Below are positions 51,369 to 64,000 of a stretch of DNA of 64,000 bases, one piece after another. Positions within the stretch are counted from its first letter, which is position 1; every line of letters begins with the position of its first letter. The notes under the pieces were generated by a model that was given only the letters and a program-made list of their open reading frames with translations, had not been told where the DNA came from and searched no databases. The position numbers and the translations under genes are program-made. The stretch lies in the NCBI GenBank assembly GCA_040437565.1, contig JBDOQK010000036.1, positions 186,001 to 250,000 of the forward strand, given 5' to 3'. This stretch comes from Albugo candida (taxonomy: Eukaryota).

Positions 51369-51749
51369 CTACATCATGATCGATGCCATGATGGCACATG
51401 CACTAACAACTCCAATGGATGAAATGACAGCGTTTGCTGAACTCTTTTGAGAGGTAGGAGTCATTGGGGTGTCAGCAATATCGTTCTTCTTTATCTCATC
51501 CTTTCCTGAACCCGAACCGTCTTCCGCGTCTTCGTCGGTTTTGTCATCCTTCATTGAGTCTTCTTTCAACTTTGTACCAGGTGTATTGTCCACTTCCAAT
51601 TTTAACGAAGAAATTGGTGCATTGACCGCTGCTGAGCTGCCTAATTCAGAATTGGCGTTCGTCGTGTTGAGAGTGGTAGAACGAGTTAAACCTTCAACGT
51701 TAAGGGTTGTAAGGGCACCAGCAGCGATGAGAAGTCCAAAAGTTTTCAT
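51369..51749 (-). CDS. Secreted, probably GPI-anchored protein; paralog of 49915-50565
   Basis: Signal MKTFGLLIAAGALTTLNVEG; C-terminus SSANAVISSIGVVSACAIMASIMM. Confidence 0.8.
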   Translation of the reverse strand: MKTFGLLIAAGALTTLNVEGLTRSTTLNTTNANSELGSSAAVNAPISSLKLEVDNTPGTKLKEDSMKDDKTDEDAEDGSGSGKDEIKKNDIADTPMTPTSQKSSANAVISSIGVVSACAIMASIMM

Positions 51750-51809
51750 TTTTCGAGTTTGGTGTGAGTGATTGATTTGGTATTGAAGGCGATGTTGTGA
51801 TTTGCGTGG

Positions 51810-51823
51810 AAATCTGAGAGTGA
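51810..51823 (-). promoter_or_regulatory. Oomycete INR-FPR core promoter element
   Basis: TCACTCTCAGATTT on the minus strand, ~60 bp before ATG 51749; full match to YCAYTYYNNNWTTY. Confidence 0.55.
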
Positions 51824-53202
51824 GAAAGCTATAGCAGCACGATTTGGTGAGGGATAAATGTAACCTTGCGGGATAGAATATTTTCTCACTTACCGCGTCA
51901 ATGACGACCTCAGGTCTTATCGGAAGACCTGATGTGATTTCCTTGATGTCTGGATATACATGTCTATATATGTACACTCAAACCGGCTTCAGCGCGCGTT
52001 ACAGCAGCCACCTTCTCTCAAAATTATCTGTCTTCATATTAATAGATTACACCATTGCTCCTCTGCCGGAGTCAGGCGTATAGTCCACCGGGTATAGTGA
52101 GTGTCAATACTTGTATAAAGCGAGAATTGCTACCGGACAAAATCTGCACGTGGGTACAGCGGGGAACGATGTATCATGTGGCCCAATATCGAGCAGCAAG
52201 AGAGGAGGGGTGATCCTTTGAAAATTCTTTATTCCAGGAGACAAGGGTGGTTGATGTCATCAAGTCAGCGCAGAAAAGACATGTGAGCAATTTTTATTCC
52301 CGGGGCACCCTTTTGCGTTTACGTCCAATTTCATATGATTGCGTGACGATGCACATCTCCATGGCAATCTTTCAGCCCGAAGTAATACTTCTTGAAGCAG
52401 ATGCACTTGGGCTACATTGAGTTTAAAAGGAAAAAGACATCGAACCATTTCCTTTCGCGTGCATAGAGTATTAGTGGAAATCGTGATATCTTCTACTGGT
52501 AAATCTATACACACGATAGATAAATAACATTCATTATTTGGGATAAGCAAAGAATTCGGGTCGAAGGAGTTTTACGACAATGAAAGAGTGAGCAATAATT
52601 TTATGACTGGCATATCTCCATAGTACTAGGTCAACGCGCATTCAGACCAATTTAACGCAAATCGCCATCATCTCCTTCGATGCTTCTGAGATGTAATAAG
52701 TTTAATACATTCTGCATAATGTAGAAAGTAACAGACAAATGCAATCAGAATTGCTAAACATGTGCGATATCCGCTGTTTCGCCTGATCCACGCTCACGAA
52801 TTACCGTTTCTTCACCGACTATTGGTGTCTTGCTATGATTCATTGATTCACTGACTTGTGTGTTCCGATGCACCNNNNNNNNNNNNNNNNNNNNNNNNNN
52901 NNNNNNNNNNNNNNNNNNNNNNNNNNNNNNNNNNNNNNNNNNNNNNNNNNNNNNNNNNNNNNNNNNNNNNNNNNCAATCAGAATTGCTAAACATGTGCGA
53001 TATCCGCTGTTTCGCCTGATCCACGCTCACGAATTACCGTTTCTTCACCGACTATTGGTGTCTTGCTATGATTCATTGATTCACTGACTTGTGTGTTCCG
53101 ATGCACCCTGAAAGATGTTACATCTTCCTTGAAATTCATAATCGGTCGTCATAAGAGCTCGCACCTAATGCAGTAAAAATACCCGCACCGTAACGTACTT
53201 TG

Positions 53203-55414
53203 ATGCCGAACCAATCACGTGGACATAGCAACAAAAATGCTGCAAAGGTTGTCGTATTGAATCAAACTCTGGTAATAAATGCGTTTTCAGACTTGGAGAC
53301 CGGAGTTGCAAAAGACGAAGAGCAAAGAGTAAAGGTAGACTTAACAAAGCCTCGAAAAAAACGAAAAAAACAACGTGTTGATGCGGAACTTGATGCTAAA
53401 AGACCTGTTGTGCATTTCTTTTCTGTACAGAAGGAGGATGAGTTACTGGCAGCCGTCTGCTGGATCCTCATTAAGGAACTGAAAAATCCTCGTAACAAAT
53501 GCTGTCTTCTAGTAAACACGTCCAATTCATCGAATACATTTTCGCAATCAGGTCCTCGAACTGCGAGCATCTTGAAGCGCTTGCGCTTTTCAGCGCGTTG
53601 TATACATCACAAATTATCTCTATTTCAACGAAAACAAGTCACACATCAGTTCAATATGTCTACAAATGACTCGCTTTACACTGATAAACTAGTGGTTGTG
53701 TGCAACAAGCACGAAGCCAAGGCATTGGATTTTTCTGAAGGAGTACTGATTATCATGGGAGAGTACGTTGATCTTGGTCGACTCAAGACCTCCCGCGCTA
53801 CATATTTAATTTGTGTCGATAATCCAACAAAGCTGACGAATAAAATCGATTGGAAGCCATATTATCAACCACATCACAAACCAATCTTGTGTCAGTTGAT
53901 GAAAAGGATTAGACTGGCAACACAAATCGTAGACATCGCACAGAGACTTACCTCTTGCGAACAAGCTGATGAACAATGGATGAGAAAACTAACCAGAGAT
54001 TCAGAGCTTGTGGAAGATGACAGAATGTTTGAGCAGAAAAGTAAAAAAGGACGCTCACCCGACCACCAACGAATGGAGGCTTTGAATAAGAAGTTGTATG
54101 TACTGCTTTGCGAGTCGATAGAAGATATGGAATCAAATGCAAAGCATGCGAAGAAATCGGGAGAAAATGCGACATCAGAGTCTGCTTTAAAGCTGCAGAT
54201 CACTGGAGTGACTACGATAAATGCTTCTGTAGGAGCTTGTCTTGGCGCACAACGTCTACAGGCTGCAACACAATGGCTAGATGGACGACCTGGGACAGAA
54301 TTTGGTGGTGACTGGAGTGGTCCTATTCGGCACGGAGCTACAAAATGTCATATATCTTTGCGAATTCGTGAGCGCTTACGAAATGCAAAAGCTTGGAAAA
54401 ATCATTGGCTTAGTGAATGGTGTCCAAATCATGAACCTGTAGACGCGGCAAAGTGGGGTGGTGAATACGGGAAAGTTTGCGGTCACAACGAGATAGTATT
54501 ACATGAGTTACGACCATTTNNNNNNNNNNNNNNNNNNNNNNNNNNNNNNNNNNNNNNNNNNNNNNNNNNNNNNNNNNNNNNNNNNNNNNNNNNNNNNNNN
54601 NNNNNNNNNNNNNNNNNNNAATGCTTCTGTAGGAGCTTGTCTTGGCGCACAACGTCTACAGGCTGCAACACAATGGCTAGATGGACGACCTGGGACAGAA
54701 TTTGGTGGTGACTGGAGTGGTCCTATTCGGCACGGAGCTACAAAATGTCATATATCTTTGCGAATTCGTGAGCGCTTACGAAATGCAAAAGCTTGGAAAA
54801 ATCATTGGCTTAGTGAATGGTGTCCAAATCATGAACCTGTAGACGCGGCAAAGTGGGGTGGTGAATACGGGAAAGTTTGCGGTCACAACGAGATAGTATT
54901 ACATGATTTACGACCATTTTACCCGCAGGAAATTCTCAATTCTCGCATTTGCTCCAAACGTTTCCCAGCTCCTGGAAATCAGGCTTTTGATGGATGTCTT
55001 GAATATTTGAAATTGGCTTGCAAAAAGCATGGGCAAACAATGACACTATGGGATTCAGGCCATTTCATATTCATTTATAGAAATGGGAACGTCGAATTTC
55101 TTTCGAAACGCTTCCTCATACCATCTTTCAGTGTGAAAGGATTAAAGTGGGTGATGTCGGCACTACGATCATGGACTTTGTCAAGACAGGGAAATGTGTC
55201 ACCGCGTGACATATACAAAGCCATCCAGCTCTGCTGCAGCCTCATGGTGACACGCGATGATTACGTCAAAAAGCAAGGACAGACACGCTCAATTCAATCT
55301 CAGCTACTGCTGGAAGCAAGGCCAATGAAAGCCATAGTGATGTTTGCAATAGGAGGTTGTCCATCGTTTTGGAAGCAATGTGTTCAATCCAAGGTGCCTG
55401 CCATATCGCAGTAA
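53203..55414 (+). CDS. Hypothetical protein (~603 aa after removing gap duplication) with degenerate DDX24/Mak5-like C-terminal helicase half and unknown C-terminal domain
   Basis: CIHHKLSLFQRKQVTHQF..VVVCNKHEAKALDF and MKRIRLATQIVD..QWMRKL..MEALNKKLYVLL. The merged length is in frame. Confidence 0.65.
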
Positions 55415-55502
55415 TGGCTAAAGCCAGTATACGGTGATCGTATTCAGTAAATTAGATTAAGTGTCTATGCTTGCAGCTATTTTTCTACCGTGGACGGAAT
55501 GA

Positions 55503-56293
55503 TCAGTCTGATATCTGCTCTCGCTGGCGCAATGGCGTACTTTGACCAATCCTATCACTTGTAGTATCACCGCTGACAAAGTTTGCATTATTGTGTAAGC
55601 TGCTTTGATGTTTTTCCTTTAATAAGACGAGCTTTTCTTGTACGGGGTCGTATACAAGCCAATCATCAGGTCGTGGTATTGTTTGATTCGCATGCTGTTC
55701 CTTCAAGCGTAATAGCGTCGCGAACGCTTGATCGCTGTCTCTACCATCAACTCTTCCTGACCTCTGATCTTGTGTGAGAATAATGTCATTTCCCGTTTGA
55801 TAGGACCTCCTACTAATTTCTGAATCAGTCGCTTTTGTGTCTTCCTCATCAGATACCAGCTCGGGAATGTCGATATCAGATATCATGAACGGTAGCCTGG
55901 CAAAAGCATTAGTACTTCACGTTTGCTGTGCATACATTAATTCAGTATATACCAGTGCGCGAGTTGTATTAACGCGTGTTCAGAAATCCATCTCCATGCT
56001 GTGATTGGGACTGTCCGTGAAACGTATGCAAGACCAGCACATACATAAAGAAAAAGACTGGTCACAGATACATTTACAATAGGAATATATGTCGTATGGG
56101 ACAATAGCTCTTGCTGTAATATCTCACCCAAGAAGAGAGTTGGTGACATTTCCTTGATGAGGATAGCACGTTCGTAAGCTCCACGTAACCAGTGAAAAAA
56201 GTATGCAACGATCAGTGCAGTGTATAGCTGCATTTGAGATAGAAACGGTCGCATCGCCATCAACCTCGATGCAATGCAGCTGCTTTCAGTCAC
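55503..56293 (-). CDS. Hypothetical membrane protein; 5' end probably lost in gap 56346-56445
   Basis: ORFs 55937-56293 and 55503-55886 join in frame via a GT-AG intron at ~55950-55896; two hydrophobic segments. Confidence 0.5.
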
Positions 56294-56451
56294 CTAACGG
56301 GTAGGTTGCGTGTTATGTTCATATAACTCGAATATAACCGCTAGGNNNNNNNNNNNNNNNNNNNNNNNNNNNNNNNNNNNNNNNNNNNNNNNNNNNNNNN
56401 NNNNNNNNNNNNNNNNNNNNNNNNNNNNNNNNNNNNNNNNNNNNNCGCATT

Positions 56452-59240
56452 ATGAGTACAGAGGTGTCCTTATGGAGTGGTGATGTATCGTGTCTTGAAT
56501 TACTTTCACACCAAATTCTACTCGCAGAGAACACTATGAATGCCCTTGGGATAGTTCCATTGCAAACAGTACACGTAGCGTCTAAGACCATCGCAAAGGA
56601 GAAGCAGCTGATCTTACTTGAGTGCGTCATGGCACCATCCTCCGCAACCATAGAAAATGTTGCTTGTGTCCATACTTGGGTCATGGAAATCCTTTATATC
56701 TCTCACGGAGAAACTGTAACCATTAGTCATGTGACATACCCACGCGCAGCCACAGATAAATTCCTATTGACAGATGACATTCATATTCGGATAATTGCAT
56801 CGTATTCGCTTTGGGCAAATAGCAACCAATCATTCGCTCCGACTCGAAAACGATTGGATAATGAAGCGAGTCTCCTACCACTTGATGCCGTCTCGGTTCG
56901 TGAAGCCTACCAACGGCTGTTGATGGTGGTTTTAGGCACTATAGAGATTGACGGGAGGTATCATGGAGTGATACAAGTCGGTCAATTGATACCATTTCAG
57001 GTATTTGGGCAGATGTACCTCACAAGTATTATCGGACTGAGAAAAAGCGGTCAGAAGCTTCCTATCGGATTATATAACCGAAATATTTCATCATGTCCAA
57101 GAATCCATTTTTCAACAGGTGATCCTCTCCAAGATTCCAATCAACATATAAGCTATCAGAAAGGATTCATCAGTAACGAGCTTGACGGTGACGTGCTGAA
57201 AAAGAAGCTGTGGAAGCTTGGGCTATGTGGCATACACCATCAATTGCGAGAGATACTTTGGTGCATTACATTGATTGTCAACCCCGAGGTGTTTGTCGAA
57301 GAAAGCTCTCGAAATTGGCTAGAGTCGGCCAGATTTCGCGGTGTCATAATATGTGGTTGTGCCGGAAGTGGGAAGACCGAATTATTAAATGTGATTGAGA
57401 ACGAAGTATTCGAACATTACAGGAGCAGCACTTCTTTGGATGTCGATGTGGTCCGGTGGGATGCGACTTGGCTAGTTTTGGAATATGAAGATGTATTAAC
57501 AAACGATACGTTCTTTGAATTCATACGAAATAAACTTATGTCTAGTCTTTCTGGAAAAGCACTAGAAAAGTGCAGTGCTTTGATTCTCTTGGATAATCTC
57601 GACGAGCTCTTTCTGCAAAATGAAAATGAAGCACAATCTGATGTCCATTCAATCGGAAATGGAATAATAAGTCTTTTCGACCATCTTGACGAGCTAAATG
57701 CCTGCAGAATCTGTGTGGTGGTCACGTGTCAGGATGAAAGTATGGCCAGACTTCCCAGTAAAATCATACATCCTTCACGTCTCGGCAAGTGTTTCGAGCT
57801 AGCACCTCCAACTGAGTCTATTCGACGTGATATTCTGGCTCAAATATTGATCAAACTACCCGTTTGTGTTGAATTCGATTGTGACGAAATACCCGATCCG
57901 AACCTCTTTGCGCTTCTATCTAGCATGCAGATGAATCACGAAGGACATCAGAATTCAATCGACGCTGGTACAATTTGCGCTCTTGCTACCAGAATTGCTT
58001 CTAGGACAGCTGGATGTGTTCCTCGTGACTTGATTCGACTATGTCGCCATGTGCTGGCTCAAGCATTGAGTGATTCACAACCGATTCAAGCTATAAAATG
58101 GCCGCATGTTATGGCTGCTATAGCTACAGTGAAACCATCACAACTTCGGCATTTAGACGTTAACACGCCTCATATTCACCGTTCCAACGACCTAGCTTTT
58201 GCCGGGTACGAAAAAACACAGACAGATCTCCACCAAGTGGTAGATGCATCTTTCCGTCCTTCAGAGGCAATGAAGGTATTGCCATCTCTTATCGTGAGCA
58301 ATGGTATCATTTTCAGACAGTGTTTTATTCTTAGAGACTTGGTGTCATGGCTTCATCGGGTATTCTGCTTTATGGACCATCAGGTTGTGGAAAAAGTCTA
58401 CTCGCCAAAGTCGTTGCTGCTCGTGCAAATGTGAATTTGATCTCCATCAAGGTGAGCTCTTCCGTTCGAAAGTACGCGTCTCATACAATTTTTCATGGAT
58501 GTAGTCGTCGGAAATCATGTCGAAATACTTTGGCGACAGCGAAGAAGCAATTCGACGCATATTTGCTCGAGCTCGTTCAGCATCTCCGAGCATCCTCTTT
58601 TTCGATGAGTTTGACGCTATTGCATGCAAACGATTCGGAGAGACGCATACAAAGGACAGTGAAGAGAGAGCGTTTGATGGAAGTAATGTTTATAATCGTA
58701 TATTGTCAACTTTTCTGAATGAAATGGATGGCATCGGACACGCAAAGAGAAGTGGATATCACACACAAAAGTCAGAAAAGCGTAAGCAGGTCCTTGTGAT
58801 CGCTGCTACGAATCGCGTCGATGCACTGGACAAGGCACTCATCCGTCCCGGCCGTATTGACAAGAAGATATTCCTGGATTATCCAAACTTGCAGGATCGA
58901 AAGGTTGGACTAATGCATAATTGTCAATCTATTTCGATGGCTGATGAAGTATGCAGGCGATTTTGAAGCTTTCCACTCGGAGAATGCCACTCAAAGACGA
59001 TGTCGATTTGGATGTCTTGGCGTCACGTTCATACGAGTAAGCGATATACTATCCTCAGTAGGAGTCAATTGCTTCAAGCAGCTACTTTGTAGATCACCTG
59101 CCACAGGAGCGGATCTTGCCAACATTTGCAAGGAAGCAGCATTGATGGCTCTGCGTGAAGATCCAAATGCAAGTCATGTGGAAAATCGTCATTTTCAACA
59201 AGCATGGGAGCATCAGATGAGCTCGAGTACGAAGGATTAG
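56452..59240 (+). CDS. Two-domain AAA+ ATPase of the CDC48/AFG2 (SPATA5-like) group, 5 exons
   Basis: Divergent D1 (GCAGSGKT, LLDNLDEL, PSRL). Canonical D2 (GILLYGPSGCGKSLLAK, ILFFDEFDAI, AATNR..LDKALIRPGRID, GADLANICKEAA). Confidence 0.88.
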
Positions 59241-59359
59241 TGAGATGAATAGTCAAAAGTACAACAAAAAGCCTTGTAATCACATTGAATCGAATTAATC
59301 TCACAACACATACTTGATTATCAGCAAGAGTACACTTCAGCTCGCATTTGTTCCCACTC

Positions 59360-60082
59360 TCAAGCACGAAGAGAACCTTGTGGTCGTGAGCCGTCTTCCG
59401 GTGCACTTGGCGGATCAAGTTTGTCAGAAGGGGTCGAGCAGGAAGGTGCACCGGAAGCAGCTTGGTCAGGTATCTCCTCATCGGCGGCACCAGTATCAGA
59501 GTTTCCAGGCGATGATTCTGGCGCGTCCACACTTTGTCCTTCCGGCTGACCTGGTTGGGACTCATTCAATGCCGTCTCACTCGTTGGTGTGTCGGAGATC
59601 GGGTCTTCTCCACTTTTGGCTCCTTCACCATCATCAGATGTTTCTGGTGGCGAGCTGGTGTCACTTTCGCTCGAAGGAGGAGCATCAGTTTGATCTGCTG
59701 GAGCGACGGGCTCGGTCGAATCGACTTCCGCAGCAAGCATCAACTCTCGAATCGATGGTATGCTTGGCACCGCTGGACTCGGAGGCAAGTCATCAGCACT
59801 TGGTGCTTTTGGTAGAGTAGGAGACGGAATGGATCCATTCAAAGCCTCGGGCATTTGAGGTACTGATGGCACTTTGTCGATTAGTGGTCGCAGGTTTTCT
59901 CGTATCTCTGTCATATTCAATCGACCGAGCTTATCGAGAGCCGACAGCATATCATTTATCTTTGCTCGATTGAAAAGATTGGGTCGATCACCGATTGATG
60001 GCGAGGCCAATTTGGCTTCGACATGGAGTGCTACAAATGGCCACATCAGCACTACAACCCATAGGATCTCCACTTGAGACAT
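59360..60082 (-). CDS. Secreted protein with short helical N-domain and Pro/Ser/Asp-rich tail; 5' part repeated at 60312-60706 as an assembly overlap
   Basis: Signal-like MSQVEILWVVVLMWPFVALHVEA followed by a low-complexity C-terminal two-thirds. Confidence 0.75.
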   Translation of the reverse strand: MSQVEILWVVVLMWPFVALHVEAKLASPSIGDRPNLFNRAKINDMLSALDKLGRLNMTEIRENLRPLIDKVPSVPQMPEALNGSIPSPTLPKAPSADDLPPSPAVPSIPSIRELMLAAEVDSTEPVAPADQTDAPPSSESDTSSPPETSDDGEGAKSGEDPISDTPTSETALNESQPGQPEGQSVDAPESSPGNSDTGAADEEIPDQAASGAPSCSTPSDKLDPPSAPEDGSRPQGSLRA

Positions 60083-61139
60083 CTTGATGATACAAATGTA
60101 CTTTGACGAAATTTGGATTATGATGATTTCGATTCAAGTTTGAACACAAAAGCCTCAAGCGTTTCGATGGAAGAAATTGAAAGCCGGAACCCGTAACGCA
60201 TGATCCGTCCANNNNNNNNNNNNNNNNNNNNNNNNNNNNNNNNNNNNNNNNNNNNNNNNNNNNNNNNNNNNNNNNNNNNNNNNNNNNNNNNNNNNNNNNN
60301 NNNNNNNNNNNGTTTGATCTGCTGGAGCGACGGGCTCGGTCGAATCGACTTCCGCAGCAAGCATCAACTCTCGAATCGATGGTATGCTTGGCACCGCTGG
60401 ACTCGGAGGCAAGTCATCAGCACTTGGTGCTTTTGGTAGAGTAGGAGACGGAATGGATCCATTCAAAGCCTCGGGCATTTGAGGTACTGATGGCACTTTG
60501 TCGATTAGTGGTCGCAGGTTTTCTCGTATCTCTGTCATATTCAATCGACCGAGCTTATCGAGAGCCGACAGCATATCATTTATCTTTGCTCGATTGAAAA
60601 GATTGGGTCGATCACCGATTGATGGCGAGGCCAATTTGGCTTCGACATGGAGTGCTACAAATGGCCACATCAGCACTACAACCCATAGGATCTCCACTTG
60701 AGACATCTTGATGATACAAATGTACTTTGACGAAATTTGGATTATGATGATTTCGATTCAAGTTTGAATACAAAAGCCTCAAGCGTTTCGATGGAAGAAA
60801 TTGAAAGCCGGAACCCGTAACGCATGATCCGTCCACTCAATAGACCCAAAACAATAGCGTGATCCAAAGGATTCGATGAGGAATTTGCATGCGGTGAATA
60901 ACAGTCAAGCTGCCAGATGGGAAGAATATTCGGAGATTGATCGATAACGGTTCTCGAAATTTCACACTGGGCCCCTCCGGATCGATTTTTAGCCAAACTG
61001 CACAGATTCTCAGTACCTGTGGGAGGAATACAATAGCCGCTTGATCTCGATACGTCTGCGTCATCAGGGACAAATGGTGTGAAAAATAAGAAGGCGATGG
61101 AAGATCCAAGCCGTTCACTCGGCTGTATTCATTATACTA

Positions 61140-63368
<2,229 letters not shown>

Positions 63369-63516
63369 GATGTAGTAGGGGCTGCTATTATGAAGGGAAT
63401 GGTACGGTTACTAACGGATGCGAAGATCGGAGCATGATCGAAAGATGAATAAGTCAAAGACGGTGAGAACGAAAGCACAACAATTAAGTTTTTATGATTC
63501 ATTGAAATTCTTTCAA

Positions 63517-63915
63517 TTACACTACACAAGACATTATAACAGCAAGAGCGCCGATAAAAACACTTCCAAAAAGCTTCCCGGTAAAGTGATTCGCACTTGA
63601 TTGTTCTTTTCCTGGTGTGGATCCTTCCGTCATCGCACTGCTTCCATCGTATAATTGACTACTTGCACTAGTCGACTGACTATCCAGAGAGTCAGTGGAA
63701 TTTTCGAGATTGTTTGCGGCGTCAGTTGAAGAACCATTTAATGCTTCCGAGATATTTCCAGCGATATTAGTTGCCGCATCTGATATCGCTGAGCTTGCTG
63801 TTTCGATGAGACTTGAATTGGTCTTTTCATCTGTACTATTTAAAGTGCTTGTTTGCGAAAGTGTGTTTGGGCACGCGCATACAATCATTGCAACAAACCA
63901 GCCGCTCTTCTTCAT
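63517..63915 (-). CDS. Secreted Ser/Thr/Asn-rich, probably GPI-anchored protein
   Basis: Signal-like MKKSGWFVAMIVCAC.., several N-x-S/T sites and C-terminus SSANHF..VFIGALAVIMSCVV. Confidence 0.75.
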   Translation of the reverse strand: MKKSGWFVAMIVCACPNTLSQTSTLNSTDEKTNSSLIETASSAISDAATNIAGNISEALNGSSTDAANNLENSTDSLDSQSTSASSQLYDGSSAMTEGSTPGKEQSSANHFTGKLFGSVFIGALAVIMSCVV

Positions 63916-64000
63916 CCTGACTCAATAATCAATGCTCTGTGTGGATTTTTATAAAATGATGTGCGACAGCAAAAAAGTTTTAGACGTTTCGGCACACTGG

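Noticed and set aside
51980-53160. Short ORFs 52260-52550, 52848-53030 and 52860-53087
   Set aside because: No homology cues; two of them exist only by spanning Ns.
59360-60082. RXLR or CHxC/CCG effector
   Set aside because: No such motif follows the signal peptide.

Overview
Eukaryotic, very gene-dense window with short GT-AG introns. An elicitin, IFT80 and oomycete-type CCAAT and INR-FPR promoter motifs point to an oomycete, probably an Albugo-like compact genome (inference). About 27 protein-coding loci can be supported. They include IFT80, a Nudix fusion, SmB, a METTL21-type methyltransferase, a CBP/p300 acetyltransferase, a RING-H2 ligase, an LRR protein, a triple-PDZ-like protein, SKI2, an elicitin-like protein, a CDKL kinase, PPIL2, PEX10, C1D, DNAJC9, an EH-domain protein, a long-chain acyl-CoA synthetase, several secreted Ser/Thr-rich proteins, an AAA ATPase and a GDH homolog. 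Sixteen 100-N gaps are present and 15 are flanked by duplicated sequence, so the apparent tandem gene copies are mostly assembly artefacts. Most interesting: (1) an intact GDH homolog that has lost essentially all catalytic residues, a candidate pseudoenzyme; (2) a probable viral relic (heptad repeat plus DUF3627/BRO-C-like motifs); (3) an unusually long, self-complementary intron in SmB; (4) a pseudo-receiver + Zn-finger + Nudix fusion; (5) a DDX24/Mak5 half-helicase fused to an unknown domain. All homology calls are by eye; no searches were run.
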